From: Sphingomonadaceae bacterium
GTDB lineage: Bacteria > Chloroflexota > UBA6077
Direction of reading: 5' to 3'
Assembly: GCA_050261575.1 (NCBI GenBank)
Contig: JBLNDL010000092.1
Location: 51,265-71,264 of the forward strand
Length of the DNA stretch: 20,000 bases
Below are positions 14,043-20,000 of the stretch, one piece after another. A model generated the notes under the pieces. It ran no database searches and was not told the origin of the DNA. It saw nothing but the letters and a program-made list of their open reading frames with translations. Position 1 is the stretch's first letter. Every line of letters begins with the position of its first letter. The position numbers and the translations under genes are program-made.

Positions 14043-15799
14043 TGATCACGTCGCAACCGATCGGCACCGCCAAGGGTCCAGGGGAAAAGCCCCAGGAGTA
14101 CACCTTCCTCACCCCAGACCGGGACAACACCGTCAAGGTGGGAGAGTTCGTCTTCTACCGGACCCTCGCGGACGGGGACGAGCGGGATGTCATCGGGCGC
14201 GTGGTGCGCCGTCGCCCCGCCCGACTCTACCCGGACGAGTTCTCCGCCGATCCCCAGGTTCCTCCAGCCGAGGTGGCCGGGCTGCTGGGCTGCGACTCCG
14301 CGGAGGCCGAGCTGTTCGAGGTTACGGTCAGCCTGCTAGGATACTTCGACGAGGGGCTCAAGAGCTTCGTCAACCCGCGCATCCAGCCGCGCCAGGGGTG
14401 GCCGATCTACCTGGTGCCCGATGAGGTGCTGGCCCACGTCCTCAACCCCAGGGTCCTCGGCGCGGCCGGCTCCGTGCACGTGGGCTACCTCCTGTCCAGG
14501 CCAGGGCACCGCGTCCCCATCGTGCTCTCAGCCAAAGACCTCGTCTCCACCCACATGGCGATCATCGCCTCCACCGGCGCAGGCAAAAGCTACCTCGCGG
14601 GCGTGGTGATCGAGGAGCTGATGAAGCCCGCCAACAGGGCCTGCCTGCTGATAGTGGATCCCCATGGCGAGTACGGCACCCTGGACGAGATGCAGGGGGC
14701 GCCAGACTTCGCCGCCGAGGGTTACGCCCCAGAGGTGAAGGTGATCACGGCCGATCAGGTGTACGTGAAGGCATCCAGCCTCACCGAGGGCGACCTGCGC
14801 TACCTGATGTCGGACATGGGCGAGCGGATGGACTTCATCCTCTCCACATGCCTGCACAGGGTCCGACAGGAATCGGAGAAGGCCACCGGCTCGCCCGAGC
14901 ACTGGACGATGGACGATCTGAAGAACGTGGTGACGGCCTACGGCCAGGAGAAGCAGGCCGAGGGGGCGGACTTCTCCTCCAGCGTCCACGGCGTGCTGTG
15001 GCGGCTGGATCGGCTGATGAAGTCGAGGATCTTCAAGGACTACGACCACCTGCCGCTCTCCGACCTCTTCAAGCCCGGACGGTGCACGGTGCTGCAGTTG
15101 GACGAGATTGACCCGCGAGAGCAGCAGGTGATCGTGAGCGTCCTGCTGCGACGGCTCTATCGGGCCCGGATGGAGACGGTGCGCAAGAAGGCGAGCCCAG
15201 GGGAAGACGAGTACCTGCCCTATCCCGCATTCGTCCTGCTGGAGGAGGCTCACCACTTCGCGCCCGGCGGCGAGGGCACCGATCGGGTCGTGTCGGCTCG
15301 CCAACTGAAGACGGTGCTGGCCGAGGGGCGGAAGTTCGGCATAGGCGTCGGGCTGATCAGCCAGCGGCCAGGCAAGCTGGACCAGGACGTGCTCAGCCAG
15401 TGCATGACCCAGTTCATCCTCCGAATCGTCAACCCCATCGACCAGAACACCGTCGCATCCTCGGTGGAGTCGGCCTCCAAGGACATCCTGGACGAGCTAC
15501 CCGCCCTCTCTCGGGGCCAGGCGGTGGTGGCCGGCGCCGCCCTGAACGCGCCCGCCCTGATTCAGGTGCGGCAGAGGCTCACCCCCCACGGTGGCGAGAG
15601 CATCGACGGGCCGAGGGAGTGGGTGGCCTACTTCTCCCAGGAGGCCCAGGAGGCGCGCCAGAGAGACGAGGCGTACTACCAGCCCAGGCGCGCCGCCTCC
15701 AAGCGCTTCCACACGGCGGCAGGCGGCTGGCCCGCCCGCAGCTACGAGCAGATCTTCGGGGAGAGATCCGTCGAGGAGAACGGCAAGGAGATCGATTAG
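14039..15799 (+). CDS. herA: HerA/FtsK-family DNA translocase/helicase (DUF87 ATPase with N-terminal HAS barrel)
   Basis: 'THMAIIASTGAGKSY' Walker A, 'IVDPHGEY', 'VLLEEAHHFAP' Walker B, 'LAEGRKFGIG' arginine finger, 'ISQRP.KLDQDVLSQC.TQFILRIVNP.DQ'. Confidence 0.93.
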   Translation: MMITSQPIGTAKGPGEKPQEYTFLTPDRDNTVKVGEFVFYRTLADGDERDVIGRVVRRRPARLYPDEFSADPQVPPAEVAGLLGCDSAEAELFEVTVSLLGYFDEGLKSFVNPRIQPRQGWPIYLVPDEVLAHVLNPRVLGAAGSVHVGYLLSRPGHRVPIVLSAKDLVSTHMAIIASTGAGKSYLAGVVIEELMKPANRACLLIVDPHGEYGTLDEMQGAPDFAAEGYAPEVKVITADQVYVKASSLTEGDLRYLMSDMGERMDFILSTCLHRVRQESEKATGSPEHWTMDDLKNVVTAYGQEKQAEGADFSSSVHGVLWRLDRLMKSRIFKDYDHLPLSDLFKPGRCTVLQLDEIDPREQQVIVSVLLRRLYRARMETVRKKASPGEDEYLPYPAFVLLEEAHHFAPGGEGTDRVVSARQLKTVLAEGRKFGIGVGLISQRPGKLDQDVLSQCMTQFILRIVNPIDQNTVASSVESASKDILDELPALSRGQAVVAGAALNAPALIQVRQRLTPHGGESIDGPREWVAYFSQEAQEARQRDEAYYQPRRAASKRFHTAAGGWPARSYEQIFGERSVEENGKEID

Positions 15800-15820
15800 A
15801 GGGCAGCCATCCACGTGGAA

Positions 15821-15836
15821 CATGGTCCAGACGATG
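15821..15836. promoter_or_regulatory. Putative DasR/NagR (dre-like) operator CATGGTCCAGACGATG
   Basis: Near-palindrome that differs at 2 positions from the TGGTCTAGACCA core of GntR/HutC-family NagR/DasR sites; 47 nt upstream of nagA. Confidence 0.55.
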
Positions 15837-15883
15837 CGATCGTGATGCGGTAGCAGTCGACCGGTGCAGAGAGGGGGGAGGAG

Positions 15884-16990
15884 ATGGCCGAGTTGATTGG
15901 CCGGCTGCCGGTGAAGGGCGGTGGCTTCGAGGGGATCCGGCTGAGAATCCAGGGGGATTGCATAACGGCGGTGGAGAGGCTCCCGCAGGCCGACCATTCC
16001 ATGCCCATCCTCTCGCCGGGCTGGATAGACCTTCAGTGCAACGGCGCCCTCGGGCAGGACTTCGGCGACCCGGCTGCCGATTTCGGCGCGGTGCCGGGCT
16101 ACCTGGCCGAAACCGGCGTCACCGGCTACCTGGCGACAGTCATCACCGCGGCGCCGGAGAGCTATCCCCTGATCCTCGACCACCTGAAGAGTCTGAAGGG
16201 CCTGCCGGGGGCGCATTTCCTGGGGGTCCACCTGGAAGGCCCTTTCCTGAACGTGGACTATCGGGGAGCCCACAACCCCGATTGGATCCGGGGCTTCAGC
16301 GAGCCTCTGGTCCGATCCCTGGCTGTGGAACCGGTCCGGCTGGTCACCCTGGCGCCGGAGCTGGAGGGAGGGCCAGCAGCCTGCCTTCGGTTCCTGGAGC
16401 GGGGCATCGTGCCCTCCATCGGCCACTCGGGGGCCAGCTACGAGGAGGCCTGCGCGGCCTTCGCCGCAGGGGTCGGCGCCGGAACCCACCTGTTCAACGC
16501 CATGCCTCCCCTTCATCACAGGGCACCGGGCCTCGCCGGAGCCCTCCTGGAGAGGAGCGCGCCACCGGTAGGACTGATCGTAGATGGGCGCCATCTGCAC
16601 CCCGCCGTGGTCCGGCTCGCCTGGGAGGCCCGAGGCCCCGAAGGCATCTTCCTGGTAACCGACGCCGTGCCGGCCGTGGGACTGCCGCCTGGGGAGTACA
16701 CCCTTTCGGGGCAACGCATGCGGGTAGACGGCAACGCCGCGCGGCTGGAGGACGGCCGGCTGGCGGGCAGTCTGCTACGAATGAACCAGGCCGTGGCCAA
16801 CCTGGCCGCCTGGACCGGCGACCTGTGGGGTGCCCTGAGGGCGGCCAGCGAGACGCCCGCCCGAGTGATCGGGCTATCCATATGCAAGGGGAAGCTGGAG
16901 GCTGGCTACGACGCCGACCTGGTGCTGCTGGACGACGACCTGAACGTCCTCGAGACCATCGTAGGCGGCCGGACGGTGTACCGAGCATAG
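15884..16990 (+). CDS. nagA: N-acetylglucosamine-6-phosphate deacetylase
   Basis: 'PGWIDLQCNG', 'GVHLEGPFL...RGAH', 'VTLAPE', 'SIGHS', 'THLFNAM...HHR.PG', 'IVDG.H.HP', 'LVTDA', 'LAGS', 'KG.L..GYDAD'. SD GGAGG upstream. Confidence 0.95.
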   Translation: MAELIGRLPVKGGGFEGIRLRIQGDCITAVERLPQADHSMPILSPGWIDLQCNGALGQDFGDPAADFGAVPGYLAETGVTGYLATVITAAPESYPLILDHLKSLKGLPGAHFLGVHLEGPFLNVDYRGAHNPDWIRGFSEPLVRSLAVEPVRLVTLAPELEGGPAACLRFLERGIVPSIGHSGASYEEACAAFAAGVGAGTHLFNAMPPLHHRAPGLAGALLERSAPPVGLIVDGRHLHPAVVRLAWEARGPEGIFLVTDAVPAVGLPPGEYTLSGQRMRVDGNAARLEDGRLAGSLLRMNQAVANLAAWTGDLWGALRAASETPARVIGLSICKGKLEAGYDADLVLLDDDLNVLETIVGGRTVYRA

Positions 16991-17068
16991 CGGGTGGTCC
17001 ACTCGACAAGGTCCAACCAGTGGCCGCACGCTCCACATGCGTGATGTGCATCGACGTCTGCGGTCTGG

Positions 17069-17153
17069 CTTGGGGGCCATGCCCCCGAGGCTGCGCTCAC
17101 TCGCGCCACGCCCGCCGTATACCTGGATCGGGCGGACACCGCGGTGTTCGCCC
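17069..17153. repeat. Palindromes between the convergent nagA and SIS genes (REP-like; possible bidirectional terminator role)
   Basis: ttgggggc-cat-gcccccga (about 17070-17088) and gggcggacaccgcggtgttcgccc (17130-17153, 24-nt near-perfect palindrome). Confidence 0.6.
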
Positions 17154-17182
17154 CAGCCGGTGCGGCCGATACCCCATCAGCC

Positions 17183-18223
17183 CTACCGCGTCCGGGTCAC
17201 CTTGCTCAGCCTCCTGGGCCGGTCGGGGTCCAGCCCCTTGGCCAGGGTCAGGTGGAGCGCGAGCAACTGGCCAGGCACGACGGTGACGAAGGGGTGGAGC
17301 CACTCCTTCACCGACCCTCGAAGGGGTATCGGCACGGCCACGGAATCCAGCAGCTCCCGGCGATCGGAGATGGCGGCCACCTCCACGCCCAGCTCCGACA
17401 GCCGCCGGGCTAGCCCGCTCATCTCCTCGAAGGTCACTCCCCCGGGCGCGACCATCAGCGCGGGAAAGCCCGGCTCCACCATGGCCAGGGGGCCATGCAT
17501 GAAGTCGGCGGCGGAGTAGGCTTCGGCGGCGACCGCTGCAAGCTCCTTCAGCTTCAGGGCTATCTCCTGAGCGGTGGCAAGGTCGAAGCCCCGCCCGATG
17601 ACCACGCAGCGGTTCGCCGCCCCGATCAGCTCGGCCGCCGCCCGAGCCTCCGCCTCCGACTGCAGCGCCAGCTTCACCTGCTCCGGCAGCCGCTTCAGAT
17701 CCTCCATCAGGTCCGGCCTCTGCGCGAGGCTGGCCGAAAGCATCGCCAGCGCCATCAACTGGGCCGTGTAGCTCTTGGTGGCGGCGACGCTCCGCTCCTC
17801 ACCAGCATGGACCGGGATGACCCATTGGCACATCCCGGCCAGGGGCGAGGCAGGATCGTTGGTCACCGCCACCGCCACCGCCCCCTGGGCGCGTGCGTTC
17901 TGGGCGACCTCCAGCAGGTCCGGCGACTGGCCCGATTGGGAGATGGCGATCACCAGCGCCCGAGAGAGGTCGGGTGGCGTGTGGAACAGGGTGAAGAGCG
18001 AGGGCGCCGCGAGGGCCACGGGCAGACGGTTGACGGCGCCGAAGAGGTACTTGCCGTACAGGGCGGCGTTGTCGGAGCTGCCCCGCGCCACCACGAAGGC
18101 GAAGCAGGGATCGAACTCCCGGATCCAGGCGGCTATCTCCTCCACGCTCTCTCGCTCGGACTGAAAGAGGCGGCGCAACACCTCCGGCTGAGCGGCTATC
18201 TCCCTTGCCATATAGCTCGGCAT
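17183..18223 (-). CDS. Stand-alone double-SIS protein, likely isomerising glucosamine-6-phosphate deaminase (NagB-II/GlmD type)
   Basis: GlmS C-terminal-domain motifs 'MAREIAAQP', 'ARGSS', 'ISQSGQSPD', 'VTN..SPLA', 'E.SVAATKSY', 'E.ALKLKE', 'FMHGP', 'GLDPDRPRRLSKVTRT', with no glutaminase domain. SD GGAGG precedes ATG 18223. Confidence 0.85.
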   Translation of the reverse strand: MPSYMAREIAAQPEVLRRLFQSERESVEEIAAWIREFDPCFAFVVARGSSDNAALYGKYLFGAVNRLPVALAAPSLFTLFHTPPDLSRALVIAISQSGQSPDLLEVAQNARAQGAVAVAVTNDPASPLAGMCQWVIPVHAGEERSVAATKSYTAQLMALAMLSASLAQRPDLMEDLKRLPEQVKLALQSEAEARAAAELIGAANRCVVIGRGFDLATAQEIALKLKELAAVAAEAYSAADFMHGPLAMVEPGFPALMVAPGGVTFEEMSGLARRLSELGVEVAAISDRRELLDSVAVPIPLRGSVKEWLHPFVTVVPGQLLALHLTLAKGLDPDRPRRLSKVTRTR

Positions 18224-18427
18224 CGGACCCCTCCCACTCCCCCTCAACTCGATGTGTCTACCCCTCGCGTCGTCTTCGATGCTGGTTCGGTTTTCCGCAG
18301 TCGACAACGCTTGATGCATTCTGGCATCACTGGCCCATCAGTAGGGGCCATACAGCGAGCCTGCCCTCGCTCGCCTCGCGTGCTCGCTAGCGTCACGCCG
18401 TGTGTGCCCTCGTCGCCTGCGCCCGAG

Positions 18428-18453
18428 GCGGGCGGGCATGCAGGTCCGCCTGC
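18428..18453. repeat. Degenerate REP-like palindrome
   Basis: gcgggcgggc-atgcag-gtccgcctgc resembles the units at 8781-8806 and 17130-17153. Confidence 0.45.
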
Positions 18454-18533
18454 AACCAGCCGCGAGCTCTGAATGCGCTGCGCGGCGGTGAGCATCACGC
18501 GCGGCAGATTGCTGATCCGTCGATCTTCACGCA

Positions 18534-18563
18534 TTGCCCCTCGTCTCTCCACTGGAGTATATT
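18534..18563 (+). promoter_or_regulatory. Candidate sigma70 promoter for the MFS gene (TTGCCC-18 nt-TATATT)
   Basis: The hexamers and spacing are seen about 30 nt upstream of the CDS start. Confidence 0.45.
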
Positions 18564-18595
18564 GAGCGCAATCTGTTCCATGGTGTTGATCTGAG

Positions 18596-19954
18596 TTGCC
18601 GCCAGAGCCACGCATCTCGCCACCATATCCTACCGCCGCCAAAGCCACCTGGCAGGCCAGACTCCCCTTCTTCTACGGCTGGGTGGTGGTGGCCTCCATT
18701 TTCGTGGTCATGGCCGTCTCCTTCAGCGTCTACTACTCCTTCTCCGTCTTCTTCGTGGCGCTGCTGGAGGGGTTCGGCTGGAGCCGGGCCTCCACCGCCG
18801 GGGTGTTCTCGCTGTTCGTGGCCGTCAACGGGATCAGCGGTATCGCCGCGGGCGCCCTGATCGACAGGCTGGGACCCGCTAGGGTGATTCCTGCCGGCGG
18901 GATCCTGCTGGCCCTAGGGCTGTTCGCCTCCAGCCAGATCACCCAACTGTGGGAGTTCAGCGTCTACTTCGGCATCGTCTGCGGCATCGGCCTCGCCCTG
19001 GCAGGATGGGTACCCGGCGTAGCGGTGGTTAGCCGATGGTTTTCCGCCAAACAGGGGATGGCCATCGGGGTAGCCTCGGCGGGGATCGGCCTCGGGATAG
19101 TGGTGTTCGTCCCGCTCAGCCAGCACGTCATATCCACCGCCGGGTGGCGATCCGCCTACCTCTTGCTGGCGGCGATGTCCCTCGTCGGCATCGTCCCCCA
19201 GGCCGCGCTGCTGGGGGTGAAGCGGCCGGAGGAGCTGGGGCTCAAGCCGGATGGCGCAGCAGGGGGCAAGGCCATCGCCTCCCCGAAGCCGCAGCGGCTG
19301 CCAGAGGTGGTGGACCGCGGCTGGGCATCCCGCCCCTGGTCGGTGGGCAGCGCCATCCGCACCAATCGGTTCTGGCTGCTGACCGCTGCCCTCGCACTGG
19401 CGGTACTCACCCATCAGATGATGTTCGTCCACCAGGCTGCCTACCTAGTGGACGGGGGTTACGACAAGATGCTGGCCGCTTCGGTGGTGGGGCTCGTGGG
19501 ATTCCTCAGCATGCTGGGCAAGGTGTTCTGGGGCGAGATGGGCGACCGGCTGGGCCGGGAGCGGGCCTTCTCCCTGGGCAACGGGGTGCTGGCGCTCAGC
19601 ATACTGGTGCTGGTGGCAACCCGGATCGCGCCCTCCACGGAGCTGGTGCTGCTCTACGCCCTGGTTTTCGCGTTGGGCTACGCGGCCACCCCTCCGTTGC
19701 TCTCCACCGCCGCCGCCGACATCTTTCAGGGAAGGAGCTTCGGCTCCATCTACGGGCTCATCTGCGTGGGCCAGGGTTTCGGCAGCGCCTTCGGCGCCTG
19801 GATGGCCGGATACATCTTCGACACCACCGGTTCCTACGTGATCGCCTTCGGGGTTGGGGGCGTCGCAGCCTTCCTCAGCATCACCTGTCTTTGGCTGGCT
19901 GCGCCGAGGAAGGTGCGGCGGGTGCGGAAGGGCACTTCTGCTACTGGGGTCTGA
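18596..19954 (+). CDS. MFS transporter (OFA/monocarboxylate-like, about 12 TM)
   Basis: 'FFYGWVVV', 'GWSRA...GVFS', motif A 'GALIDRLGPAR' and 'GEMGDRLGRE', 'RWF...GMAIG', 'FG.IYG', 'GYIFDTTGSY'. The start codon (TTG 18596) is uncertain. Confidence 0.92.
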   Translation: MPPEPRISPPYPTAAKATWQARLPFFYGWVVVASIFVVMAVSFSVYYSFSVFFVALLEGFGWSRASTAGVFSLFVAVNGISGIAAGALIDRLGPARVIPAGGILLALGLFASSQITQLWEFSVYFGIVCGIGLALAGWVPGVAVVSRWFSAKQGMAIGVASAGIGLGIVVFVPLSQHVISTAGWRSAYLLLAAMSLVGIVPQAALLGVKRPEELGLKPDGAAGGKAIASPKPQRLPEVVDRGWASRPWSVGSAIRTNRFWLLTAALALAVLTHQMMFVHQAAYLVDGGYDKMLAASVVGLVGFLSMLGKVFWGEMGDRLGRERAFSLGNGVLALSILVLVATRIAPSTELVLLYALVFALGYAATPPLLSTAAADIFQGRSFGSIYGLICVGQGFGSAFGAWMAGYIFDTTGSYVIAFGVGGVAAFLSITCLWLAAPRKVRRVRKGTSATGV

Positions 19955-20000
19955 CACTATGGTAGTGCTGCGTGGAAGCTGAAGCGTGGGGTGGAGACGC

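Noticed and set aside
12065..15799. Classification as a mobile anti-phage HerA defence island
   Set aside because: No integrase, transposase or other defence genes, no visible compositional shift, and linkage to mre11-rad50 favour core repair. A defence role is not excluded experimentally.
18244..18534. Small minus-strand ORF (MREDRRISNLPRV...) upstream of the SIS gene
   Set aside because: No recognisable domain; it runs through REP-like and low-complexity DNA, and its start overlaps the candidate MFS promoter.
18578..18593. Second dre-like site (CATGGTGTTGATCTGA) before the MFS gene
   Set aside because: Only the left half matches; the right half has too many mismatches.

Overview
GC-rich bacterial chromosomal region (roughly 70% GC by eye; gene content is compatible with Chloroflexota, which is an inference only). 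From left to right: the 3' end of a LarA/lactate-racemase-family gene, folP (long form with an N-terminal extension) and folC on +; a PLP aminotransferase, a GAF-GGDEF diguanylate cyclase, a degenerate HD-GYP remnant and an A24 prepilin peptidase on -; a five-gene archaeal-style DNA end-resection operon on + (mre11/sbcD, rad50/sbcC, nurA, a stand-alone HAS-barrel-like gene, herA); then nagA (+), a stand-alone SIS-domain glucosamine-6-P deaminase-like gene (-) and an MFS transporter (+). No rRNA, tRNA, CRISPR array or transposase was recognised. Intergenic DNA is rich in several families of short palindromic and tandem repeats, and one composite repeat appears inserted in-frame in folP. The most notable items are the complete mre11-rad50-nurA-HAS-herA cluster (solo HAS-barrel gene coupled to herA, non-canonical C-X6-C Rad50 hook, a palindrome in every spacer), the repeat-derived peptide in FolP, and a DasR/NagR-like operator upstream of nagA.
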